A DNA stretch of 26,966 bases from Alphaproteobacteria bacterium (lineage in GTDB: Bacteria; Pseudomonadota; Alphaproteobacteria; CAAHEQ01; UBA3637). The notes beneath the pieces were generated by a model. The model had not been told where the DNA came from. It ran no database searches and was given only the letters and a program-made list of their open reading frames with translations. Position numbers and translations under genes: made by a program. Location: the NCBI GenBank assembly GCA_017555325.1, contig JAFZGR010000142.1:1-26966 (forward strand), in the 5' to 3' direction. Below are positions 1-8,037 of this stretch, one piece after another (position 1 is the first letter of the stretch; the number at the start of each line of letters is the position of its first letter).

Positions 1-69
1 CCCAAATGCGGAAAAGAAGATTATGTAAGGAACTGATATGCTTAAATAAAATAGATAAAAATAGGAGAA

Positions 70-665
70 TGTGTATGACAATAGATATTGAGCTGTTTGA
101 GCAAAATATAAAAAAATTGGGTACATTCGGCACAAAAAATATCACAGAAAGAGAAGTGTTAGAGAGAGCATTTCGCATTAAACCGATAACTATTATTCCT
201 GCGGGTCAAGGTGTTGGTTTGATTACTGACGGACCTTATTTTTTGAATGAACAAGCAATTGATTCGCGACTTGACCCTATGGCGTTAAAACAAAAAGCCG
301 GTTCTTATGAAGAAATCGGAATGTTTACCATGCAAACGCCGATTGGTTTTGGTCATTATGGGTGTATTCAACTGACAGTTGCACAAGTTTTGGCTCAAAT
401 CCCCGAAGAATATTTAAATAAAGTCAACGCCTTTCAATTTGATAAGCCGTTATATACGGATGAGTGTCGTTTTGTAATGATGGATGAAGAAACACAATTA
501 ATAGGTGTTAAATATAATGTCCATTTGTATAAAATAGAATTATCTAAAGAAATTAAAGAGCAAGATGTTATCTATCAAGGGGAAGTTTATCCGGCACCAA
601 GATATATTGACTCACAAAAATCACGAATACAACCGGACCTGTCTCGCGGATCAAGAACTGTATAA
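70..665 (+). CDS. Hypothetical protein (about 198 aa; ORF track starts at 6)
   Basis: Open frame 6..665. GGAGA at 64-68 precedes ATG70 (ATG76 is an alternative). No family motif recognised. Basic C-terminal tail (SRIQPDLSRGSRTV). Confidence 0.7.
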
Positions 666-859
666 AGAAAAGTAGTGTGGGTAAAAAATATATTAGAAGA
701 TACAGTTTATATGAGGTGTAGACATAAGGTTTATGAAGAAAAACGGCTCGCTGAACTTAATAGTGTTTGTATTGAGGAGGGGGTAAAAAATATGCGGAAC
801 AAAAGTTGGGTAAAAAAAATTTGTATATCCGAAAATTTTTAATATCAGATATTTTTTTC

Positions 860-888
860 TTGACGCTTGGATTGTAAGAAAGTAAAGT
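860..888 (+). promoter_or_regulatory. Sigma70-like promoter, possibly giving a leaderless mRNA
   Basis: TTGACG(860-865)-N17-TAAAGT(883-888). The predicted start site falls at or next to ATG895, and there is no Shine-Dalgarno sequence. Confidence 0.5.
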
Positions 889-894
889 GCTTAC

Positions 895-1332
895 ATGCAA
901 AAACTCATCAATTTATATTTTATTGTTTTTCGTTATTGGATGACTTTTCCCGAAAAACTTCGTTTTTTATTGGTTGGCGGTTATAATACCGTTGTATCCT
1001 ATTTGTTATATGTTGGTTATTTGTGGTTGCTCAACGGTAAATTTATTCAAATAGCTTTGTTTTTATCTTTTATAACGTCTTCTGTTAATAGTTATTTTAC
1101 GCAAAAGTTTTATGTATTTAATACACCTCATGTTTCTTTTGCGGAATATGCTCGATGTGTTACCAGTTGGGCTGTCAGTTATGCCATTAATGCCGGTTTA
1201 TTATATGTTTTAACAAGGATTTTATTGTTGAATCCCTATATAACGCAAGGTGTTTTGGCTTTGGTGATGGCTGTTTTAAATTATATTTTGTTAAAGTATT
1301 TTGCTTTTCGGGCAAAATCAAAAAAAATATAG
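895..1332 (+). CDS. GtrA-family membrane protein
   Basis: 145 aa with about four hydrophobic segments. Motifs RFLLVGGYNTVV, NSYFTQKFYVF and NYILLKYFAF match the GtrA pattern. Confidence 0.85.
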   Translation: MQKLINLYFIVFRYWMTFPEKLRFLLVGGYNTVVSYLLYVGYLWLLNGKFIQIALFLSFITSSVNSYFTQKFYVFNTPHVSFAEYARCVTSWAVSYAINAGLLYVLTRILLLNPYITQGVLALVMAVLNYILLKYFAFRAKSKKI

Positions 1333-1357
1333 TTTTTTGTAAATTCAAACAGTATTT

Positions 1358-2074
1358 TTAATCTGATATTATTTTTTTATAAATATGGCGGATAAGTTGT
1401 TCTCGCATAAGAGGCATTTGCCGAATGCCGGCATGTGTTGTAAAAAAGTAAGTTGTTAAAGTAAATCCTTTGTGTATTTCAGATAAGGGTATTTCTTGGG
1501 ATATGTCTTTTTTCCATAAGAAATAGGGGAGTGGTAATAATTTTTCTTTGTAAGGTTCTCCTTTTTCCCGACTGACAGCTCGCCCACTTTTGGGAGAAAT
1601 AAAAGCTAAATCGTTTTTGTTTCCGCCACCGGCACAATCGCTAAAATCCAATCCAAACCCGATAGCTCTTAATACATTAACTTCCCATTTTAGATATTTT
1701 GCCAAAATAGTTGGTTCATTCATTTGTTGAAAAAGAAGCATTGTTTGTTGATACAGGTCCGGATAACTTTGATGTTCAGGTAATACGCTGTTAAGTAATG
1801 TACAAACAGAAGATAAAACAGATAATCGGAGATGGTCATCTAAAAAATCTACCGAGAAAAATTGAATATCATCTAAATAAAATTGTCCGAGTTGTTCCGT
1901 TAAGCGAGCTTGCCATCTGCCGGTTATCAAAGAGCCGATATCCGGTGCTTTTTTAGCTTTTATGACACCGCTACATTTTCCGTTTTGTTCTGTAAAAACA
2001 GATAAAACATGAGAGCGTTCACCTAGTGAACGGATAGCGAGTAAAATAGCATTTTGTGTTTTAAATTCAGGCAT
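1358..2074 (-). CDS. recO: DNA repair protein RecO
   Basis: N-terminal OB-fold segment (AILLAIRSLGE...VFTEQNG), GFGLDFSDCA and alphaproteobacterial-type ISPKSGRAVSR. Last gene of lepB-rnc-era-recO. Confidence 0.93.
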   Translation of the reverse strand: MPEFKTQNAILLAIRSLGERSHVLSVFTEQNGKCSGVIKAKKAPDIGSLITGRWQARLTEQLGQFYLDDIQFFSVDFLDDHLRLSVLSSVCTLLNSVLPEHQSYPDLYQQTMLLFQQMNEPTILAKYLKWEVNVLRAIGFGLDFSDCAGGGNKNDLAFISPKSGRAVSREKGEPYKEKLLPLPYFLWKKDISQEIPLSEIHKGFTLTTYFFTTHAGIRQMPLMREQLIRHIYKKIISD

Positions 2075-2113
2075 ATTAAAACGGTCTGTTCCAATTTTAT
2101 CTTACAGTGTTTT

Positions 2114-3037
2114 TTAGATGTTGTAATCTAATCCCCATTCGGCATATCGGGCAGGATCATTTGCCCAGTTTTCTTTAACCCGAACTGTCAAAAACAAATG
2201 GACAGGTTGTTCTAATAAATAAGACAATTCTTTACGAGCCGATTCGCCTATTTTTTTTATCATACTGCCGTTTTTACCGACAACAATCGGTTTTAAACTT
2301 TCCCGTTCTACAAAAATTGTTTGTTCAATACGAATGCCGGATTCTTTTTCTTCCCAATTAGTTGTTGTGACGGCTACGGTATAAGGAAGTTCCTGTTGTA
2401 AATTCATAAACAATTTTTCACGGGTAATTTCAGCAGCAAATAATCGATTGGGTAAATCGGTTATTTGATCGGACGGAAACATCCACATTCCCTTAGAAGC
2501 GTGCTGAATCAAATAGTCTTTTAATTCGGCAACGTTTTCTCCTGATTGTGCCGAAATTAAAAATGTTTCTGTAAATAAGCCCCGCATATTCAATTCGGCA
2601 ATTAAAGGGAGTAATCTGTCTTTGGCAATTAAATCAATTTTGTTTAATACCAAAATAGCCTTTTGTTTATTCTTTTTGAGTGCCGCTAAAATAGATGCAG
2701 CTTCACGGGTAATCCCTTTTTGTACGTCTACAACAAATAAACGCATATCGGATTCATCCGATTCGCTCCAAGCTGAGGCAACCATGGCTCGGTCAAACTT
2801 ACGAGAGGCTTTAAAAATCCCCGGAGTATCAACAAGAACCAGCTGTGTATCATCTTGAACAAGAATGCCCCGAATACGAGACCGAGTTGTTTGTGCTTTG
2901 GGTGAAACAATGGAAACTTTTGCACCGGTTAACTGATTAACCAACGTTGATTTACCTGCATTTGGTGCTCCGAGAATAGCGACAAAACTAAAGCGTTGTT
3001 GATTAATATCCGGAGTGAGGGTTGTTTCTTCTGTCAT
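2114..3037 (-). CDS. era: GTPase Era
   Basis: G1 GAPNAGKS, QTTR, G3 DTPG, G4 NKID, and KH domain (ELPY...IVVGKNGSMIKKIG). Overlaps the rnc stop. Confidence 0.97.
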   Translation of the reverse strand: MTEETTLTPDINQQRFSFVAILGAPNAGKSTLVNQLTGAKVSIVSPKAQTTRSRIRGILVQDDTQLVLVDTPGIFKASRKFDRAMVASAWSESDESDMRLFVVDVQKGITREAASILAALKKNKQKAILVLNKIDLIAKDRLLPLIAELNMRGLFTETFLISAQSGENVAELKDYLIQHASKGMWMFPSDQITDLPNRLFAAEITREKLFMNLQQELPYTVAVTTTNWEEKESGIRIEQTIFVERESLKPIVVGKNGSMIKKIGESARKELSYLLEQPVHLFLTVRVKENWANDPARYAEWGLDYNI

Positions 3038-3702
3038 TTGGTGTCCTTTGTTTTTGATGATTTATTTTTTTGTAGTATATCTAACAGCTGTTGGGCGGCA
3101 GTTTGCATCGCCTCTTTTTTTGAATTGCCAGTTGCAATTGCTTCTCCATAAGATGGAATGCTTGCTTTAATTGTATAAATAGGAGCGTGATCCGGTCCTT
3201 CTTTTGAGATGGTCTCGTAAACAGGCGTTGTTTTATGCTTATGTGCCAATTCTTGTAGGGCAGATTTAGAATCTTTAATGCTTTGATGTGGTTGATTTAA
3301 GAGCGGTGTCCAAAGTATTTCCACAAATTGACGTGCCTTTTCATAGCCTTTATCCAAATAAATGGCGGCAATAACGGCTTCGCATACATCAGCTAAAATA
3401 GAATCATTATTACGGAGTTGATTTTCTTTTGTTTTAATTAATTGGGGCAAACCGATTTGACGGGCAATATCTGCCAATGTTTTTTCACGAACCAGAATAG
3501 TAAAACGCATTGCCCAATCGCCTTCGGTTTCTTGTTTAAAATGCCGATAGAGCAGATTGGCAACAAATAATCCTAAAACACGGTCACCTAAAAATTCCAA
3601 TTTTTCGTAGGGAGCTGTTTTTCCGTGATTGGCTAATGTTAATGCTTTTTGGTAAATCGCTCCGTCTGTAATAAATTCTTCTAATTTAAACGTATCTGAC
3701 AT
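3034..3702 (-). CDS. rnc: Ribonuclease III
   Basis: Signature YEKLEFLGD, LADVCEAVIAAIYLD and C-terminal dsRBD (DSKSALQE...GPDHAP...SKKEA). Lies between lepB and era. Confidence 0.95.
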   Translation of the reverse strand: MSDTFKLEEFITDGAIYQKALTLANHGKTAPYEKLEFLGDRVLGLFVANLLYRHFKQETEGDWAMRFTILVREKTLADIARQIGLPQLIKTKENQLRNNDSILADVCEAVIAAIYLDKGYEKARQFVEILWTPLLNQPHQSIKDSKSALQELAHKHKTTPVYETISKEGPDHAPIYTIKASIPSYGEAIATGNSKKEAMQTAAQQLLDILQKNKSSKTKDTK

Positions 3703-3710
3703 ATTTCACC

Positions 3711-4487
3711 CTATCGGATAAGTGTAAAGACTCTATTTTTACGGATAAATTCATTCCACCGCCAAAATTCCCAAAAATTCCCGTTTCCGTTTGTTGAATA
3801 GAAAATCAGGCGGGCTTTTCCCTCTAATTTATCCATAGAAACAGGTCCGAAATAACGACTATCCAGCGAATCATCCCGATTGTCGCCCATCATAAATACA
3901 TGACCGGCAGGAACAGTTACTTTGGGTGTATTATCTAATGGGGCATGATCGGTAATTTCCCATATATCATGATAAAAACCGTTTGGAAGTGTTTCCGTAT
4001 ATTGTGTATATGTTTGTTCACCCCGATGTTGCGTTTTCATTTTTTTGTATCCGGCAAATCGGCGTTGAACCGGTTTATCATTAATGTACAATACACCGTT
4101 TAACATTTGTACCGTATCCCCCGGTAAGGCAATAACCCGCTTAATGTAATCAATCGGCGTGGCAATTTGCGGATTCATATCCGGAGTCATCCGAAAGATA
4201 ACAACATCTCCTTGTTTGGGTGTTTTGGGAAATACCCGTTTCCCATCCGGAATAATCGGTAATGAAAACGGAAATGAATAACGGGAATATCCGTAATCAT
4301 GTTTTGTAATAACCAAATAATCACCGACTAAAAGTGTCGGAAACATAGAGCCGGAAGGAATATTGTATGGTTCAAATACAAAGGAGCGAATTCCCAATGC
4401 AATCAAAATAGCAATTAAAATGCCAACAACTTCTCCCAAAAATGATTTTTTTTTCTTGGGTTTATTGAGTTTGTTTTCTTTTTTCAT
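3711..4487 (-). CDS. lepB: Signal peptidase I
   Basis: Catalytic Ser box IPSGSMFPTL, Lys box DYIKRVI, box E GDNRDDSLDSR, and an N-terminal TM helix. Confidence 0.97.
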   Translation of the reverse strand: MKKENKLNKPKKKKSFLGEVVGILIAILIALGIRSFVFEPYNIPSGSMFPTLLVGDYLVITKHDYGYSRYSFPFSLPIIPDGKRVFPKTPKQGDVVIFRMTPDMNPQIATPIDYIKRVIALPGDTVQMLNGVLYINDKPVQRRFAGYKKMKTQHRGEQTYTQYTETLPNGFYHDIWEITDHAPLDNTPKVTVPAGHVFMMGDNRDDSLDSRYFGPVSMDKLEGKARLIFYSTNGNGNFWEFWRWNEFIRKNRVFTLIR

Positions 4488-4500
4488 TGAAATATATCCT

Positions 4501-4547
4501 TTTCTGTGATAATGTCTGACTTAATTTAAACCACTTTATCACAGAAA
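4501..4547. promoter_or_regulatory. 12-bp perfect inverted repeat in the lepB/tgt divergent intergenic region; likely paired extended -10 promoters
   Basis: TTTCTGTGATAA (4501-4512) and TTATCACAGAAA (4536-4547), 23 nt apart. Reads TGa-TAATGT on + and TGa-TAAAGT on -. Confidence 0.55.
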
Positions 4548-4554
4548 GAAATAT

Positions 4555-5676
4555 TTGTCCATGTTAAAATTTGAAATTCATCACACGAATCAAAAAGCCC
4601 GTCGGGGAACCTTACAGACGGCACACGGGAGTGTTCAAACACCGGCTTTTATGCCTGTTGGCACTGTTGGAACGGTTAAAGCCATGATGCCTGAAAGTGT
4701 TCGGGATACTGGTGCTGAAATTATTTTGGGAAATACATATCACTTAATGTTGCGACCGACGGCAGAACGGGTAGCTTCTTTTGGTGGGTTGCATAAATTT
4801 ATGAATTGGCCCGGTCCGATTTTAACGGATTCCGGTGGATTTCAGGTGATGAGTTTGTCCGGTTTAAGAAAAATAACGGAAGATGGGGTAACGTTTCATT
4901 CCCATATTGACGGGTCAAAGCATTTTTTATCTCCAGAACGTTCAATGGAAATTCAACATTTGTTGGATGCAAATATTACAATGGCGTTTGATGAATGTGT
5001 TAAATTCCCAGCGACACATAAAGTTGTTGAAAAATCAATGGAACGATCTATGCGGTGGGCACAACGTTCTAAAGATGCATTCGTTGATCGTGATGGGTAT
5101 GGTTTGTTTGGTATTGTTCAAGGCGGTATGTTTGAGGATTTGCGCCATAAATCAATAAAAGCATTAACGGATATCGGTTTTGACGGTTATGCCATTGGTG
5201 GTTTGGCTGTTGGGGAAGGACAGGAAATAATGTTTTCTGTGTTGGATTATACGGCATGTGCTTTGCCTGATGATAAGCCTCGTTATTTAATGGGAGTCGG
5301 TCGTCCGTCTGACATCGTCGGGGCCGTTAAACGGGGCGTAGATATGTTTGATTGTGTGATGCCATCTCGTTCAGGAAGAACAGGGCAGGCATTTACTTCA
5401 CATGGTGTACTGAATATCCGAAACGCTTGTCATATAGACAGTCATGTCCCGTTAGATACTGAGTGTTCCTGTCCGGCTTGTCGTCATTATACAAGGGGAT
5501 ATTTACATCATTTATTCCGTGCCGGAGAAATTTTGGGTAGTATGTTGTTAACAACGCATAATATTCATTTTTATCAAAATTTAATGAAGCAAATTCGATT
5601 AAGCATAGAAGAAAATCGGTTTGATGAGTTTCATGCTTCTTTTATGCAACGGTACAAAGATGACAGAAAAATGTAA
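4555..5676 (+). CDS. tgt: tRNA-guanine(34) transglycosylase
   Basis: [45 protein letters not shown] and zinc site CSCPAC...H. The AFDEC Cys and LAVGE Val match the preQ1-inserting bacterial type. Start is TTG4555 or ATG4561. Confidence 0.98.
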   Translation: MSMLKFEIHHTNQKARRGTLQTAHGSVQTPAFMPVGTVGTVKAMMPESVRDTGAEIILGNTYHLMLRPTAERVASFGGLHKFMNWPGPILTDSGGFQVMSLSGLRKITEDGVTFHSHIDGSKHFLSPERSMEIQHLLDANITMAFDECVKFPATHKVVEKSMERSMRWAQRSKDAFVDRDGYGLFGIVQGGMFEDLRHKSIKALTDIGFDGYAIGGLAVGEGQEIMFSVLDYTACALPDDKPRYLMGVGRPSDIVGAVKRGVDMFDCVMPSRSGRTGQAFTSHGVLNIRNACHIDSHVPLDTECSCPACRHYTRGYLHHLFRAGEILGSMLLTTHNIHFYQNLMKQIRLSIEENRFDEFHASFMQRYKDDRKM

Positions 5677-5687
5677 AGGTCATTCTT

Positions 5688-6254
5688 ATGGCAAAACCGC
5701 ATAAAGTTGTTTCAAAACGAGTTGTTCGGCAATCATTTTCGGAAGATGATGTAAAACGGGATTCGCAAGGATATCGTAAGCGTAATTACGAAGGATTGGA
5801 GCGGTTAACAAAAGAAATTAAAGTAATTACACAGCCGATATTGGGGAACCGGGGCTTTGCAGGTGTGGATATTATTGAATGTTGGTTTGATATTGTCGGT
5901 CCTGATTTGTCGGTGGGTATTCGTCCTGAAAAATTAACTTTTGAAAAAGATTCTCGTACAAATGGAACATTACATGTTAAAAGTGCTGGTGGCGCATATG
6001 CAGTATTGTTTGAACATCAAAAACAGCAAGTAATTGAACGGATTAATACGTTTTTTGGTTATCCGGCAGTTTCTAAAATTCATATTATGCAAGGAAGATT
6101 GACTTTCCCGAAAATTGAATTGCCTCAGCCGGTAAAAAAACCGACCAAAAAGCAGTTGCGAGAGCTGAATGAAAAAATTGCTCATATTGAAGATGAAGCG
6201 CTACGGGAAAGTATGTATCAAATGGGTATTGCTTTTTTACAGAAACAGAAGTAA
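5688..6254 (+). CDS. DUF721/DciA-family protein
   Basis: W..IVG..L....RP.KL, GTLHV and QVIERINTFFGYPAVSKIHIMQG match the alphaproteobacterial DUF721 pattern. Confidence 0.8.
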   Translation: MAKPHKVVSKRVVRQSFSEDDVKRDSQGYRKRNYEGLERLTKEIKVITQPILGNRGFAGVDIIECWFDIVGPDLSVGIRPEKLTFEKDSRTNGTLHVKSAGGAYAVLFEHQKQQVIERINTFFGYPAVSKIHIMQGRLTFPKIELPQPVKKPTKKQLRELNEKIAHIEDEALRESMYQMGIAFLQKQK

Positions 6255-6265
6255 AGCAGGACTGG

Positions 6266-7498
6266 ATGATGTTGAAAAAAAATCCGTTGGAAATTTTTAA
6301 TATGGCAACTTTTTTACAAACACAGATTTTAATGTTGCCTGTTTTATTGTTGTTTTATCAGGAAAACGGATTAACTGCCGGTGATTTGTTTATGTTTCAG
6401 GGGATTTTTTCAATTACGGCTTTGCTGATTGAAGTGCCGGCAGGATATATTGGTGATATTTTTCCCCGTCGAAATGTGTTGATTTTATCGTGTTGTTTCT
6501 TTTTATGCCGTTTGATTTTATGGTTGTTTATCGGTTGTTTTACGGACAAATACTGGATTGTTTTGATCGGGGAAATTTTATATTCTTTTTCGAAGGCATT
6601 TTATTCCGGTGTAGCGGATGGATATGTTTATGATTATTTAAAATCACAGCACAAAACACATCACATGTTAAAAGGATATGGTAAATTAAATTTTTATATG
6701 TCTATCGGAACGGCATGTGCCGCTTTAATTGGTCCAAAGTTATACAAAGATTATGGTTTTTCGGTTTTAATTATCATTGAAATGATTTTAAATTCAACGG
6801 CAATTGGCTTGTTGTTTTTATTACCAAAAGTTCCGTCTGCCCGTCAGCGGGTAAAGGGATTGTGTGAAAAATATAAAGAATTATTTTCTATTGCCAAACA
6901 AACATTTTTGAATTCCTCCTTGTTTTGGTATATTATTTATTCAGGTATTTTGGCGGCAACTACCTTGATTTTTGTATGGAGTTTTCAACCGATGATGAAG
7001 TTAATGAATGTGCCCTCAGAATATTATGGTGTGGTTTATTTTGTTAATCATGGTGTGCGGGCGGTAGCTTCTCTTTTGTTGCCAATAACATTGACAATTA
7101 TTTCATTAAGAAGATTAGCCCCGATAACATATATATTGTTTTGTTTGGCTTTTATTGCAGGAACAATTATTGTACAGACGGCTAATATTACTATCGGTGT
7201 GCCATTAATGGGTTTTATTTGCATTGTTATTGGGTTTCAATTGACGTTTACATTGGGAAATGTTTCTCGTTTGCATTCACTTATTTCTTCCGAGGTGCGT
7301 TCAACAACAGCTTCTGTTAATTATCTGGTTTCTCGTTTGTTAGCGGGTATTATGTTGATTGTTTTTAAATTTATTTTAGATGATGTTCGGTTAGAAAAGT
7401 CATTTTTAATTTGTTTAGGCTTGTTTGGCTTAAGTATTATTCCGTTGTTTTTGTTAATGCGGTTGCCTCAATTGAAAAATACGTTAAAAAATAATTGA
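6266..7498 (+). CDS. MFS transporter
   Basis: 410 aa with about 12 hydrophobic segments. Motif-A-like IEVPAGYIGDIFPRR and C-terminal-half SSEVRSTTAS. Substrate not assignable. Confidence 0.88.
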   Translation: MMLKKNPLEIFNMATFLQTQILMLPVLLLFYQENGLTAGDLFMFQGIFSITALLIEVPAGYIGDIFPRRNVLILSCCFFLCRLILWLFIGCFTDKYWIVLIGEILYSFSKAFYSGVADGYVYDYLKSQHKTHHMLKGYGKLNFYMSIGTACAALIGPKLYKDYGFSVLIIIEMILNSTAIGLLFLLPKVPSARQRVKGLCEKYKELFSIAKQTFLNSSLFWYIIYSGILAATTLIFVWSFQPMMKLMNVPSEYYGVVYFVNHGVRAVASLLLPITLTIISLRRLAPITYILFCLAFIAGTIIVQTANITIGVPLMGFICIVIGFQLTFTLGNVSRLHSLISSEVRSTTASVNYLVSRLLAGIMLIVFKFILDDVRLEKSFLICLGLFGLSIIPLFLLMRLPQLKNTLKNN

Positions 7499-7523
7499 CA
7501 GCTTAAAGTGGGTATGATAAACT
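7495..7523 (+). promoter_or_regulatory. Sigma70 promoter
   Basis: TTGACA(7495-7500)-N17-TAAACT(7518-7523), with TG at the extended -10 position. Confidence 0.65.
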
Positions 7524-7529
7524 TTTTTT

Positions 7530-7656
7530 ATTCGGGTGCCCGAGGGCAATGGATACGAACATCAGTCGTGGCCGGTCATTCAGAAAAAGCAGATATGCGT
7601 ATATTGCGTGTGTTTTTAAGATGTATGAAACGGCCTTTCGAAAGAGAGGTTTTTTT
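7530..7656 (+). ncRNA. Candidate structured leader (attenuator-like) or standalone small RNA; family not recognised
   Basis: Lies between the promoter above and a hairpin plus T-tract that ends right at ATG7657. Several short helices are possible. Confidence 0.35.
7632..7656 (+). terminator. Intrinsic terminator-like hairpin
   Basis: CCTTTC-GAAA-GAGAGG stem-loop (7634-7649) followed by T7 (7650-7656). Confidence 0.6.
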
Positions 7657-7910
7657 ATGGTCTATCAGTACCAACATGGATTTTGCATTATGCAGGCACA
7701 ACCTTTCCATATTGGGTATGGAGACTTATCAAAAAAAATGATGTGCAGAATGTTGATGTTTGTTCTTGTGCAATGCAAGATTTTCCTTTCTTATCGGGGA
7801 ACATGGTTCGGGATATGATTAGATTGGGATATGTGCGATGGAAAAATTTTGTGCATCCCGAAAATATCGAGTTGATTAATAAATATTTTGATGAAGGAGG
7901 AATGGATTAG
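7657..7910 (+). pseudogene. Remnant of a HIGH-type nucleotidyltransferase (NMN adenylyltransferase-like)
   Basis: One frame gives GFCIMQAQPFHIGY (compare GRFQPFHxGH). Another gives FLSGNMVRDMIRLG..RWKNFVHPENIELINKY (compare the NMNAT C-terminus ISxTxIR...W..LVP). Frameshifted, and only about 84 codons long. Confidence 0.55.
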
Positions 7911-8037
7911 TTTAATTGCAAGCTTAATTCTTTCCCAAAAGATTCGGGAAAACGCAGGTGTTGTTTTTCCATGGTTTGGGTCTTGAGGGGACAGTCGAGA
8001 CAAACCAATAAATTAACCTACTGTCAAGGAGAACAAA

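Noticed and set aside
675-842. 55-codon ORF with three GGGTAAAAAA(T/A)AT-like repeats (679, 781, 808) and an SD-like GAGGAGG before a 16-codon ORF at 792
   Set aside because: Repeats are short, A-rich and irregularly spaced, so this is not a CRISPR or iteron array. The peptide has no recognisable features.
4536-4544. TTATCACAG as a DnaA box or oriC signal
   Set aside because: It does not fit TTATNCACA, and there is no cluster of boxes.
7530-7650. Match to 6S RNA, tmRNA, SRP RNA, tRNA, or yybP-ykoY, Moco, ZTP or fluoride riboswitches
   Set aside because: Only isolated 4-8 nt similarities were found; the diagnostic conserved segments are missing.
7731-7738. A8 tract as a phase-variation or programmed -1 frameshift switch
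   Set aside because: Restoring the frame still gives only about 84 aa, too short for the fold.
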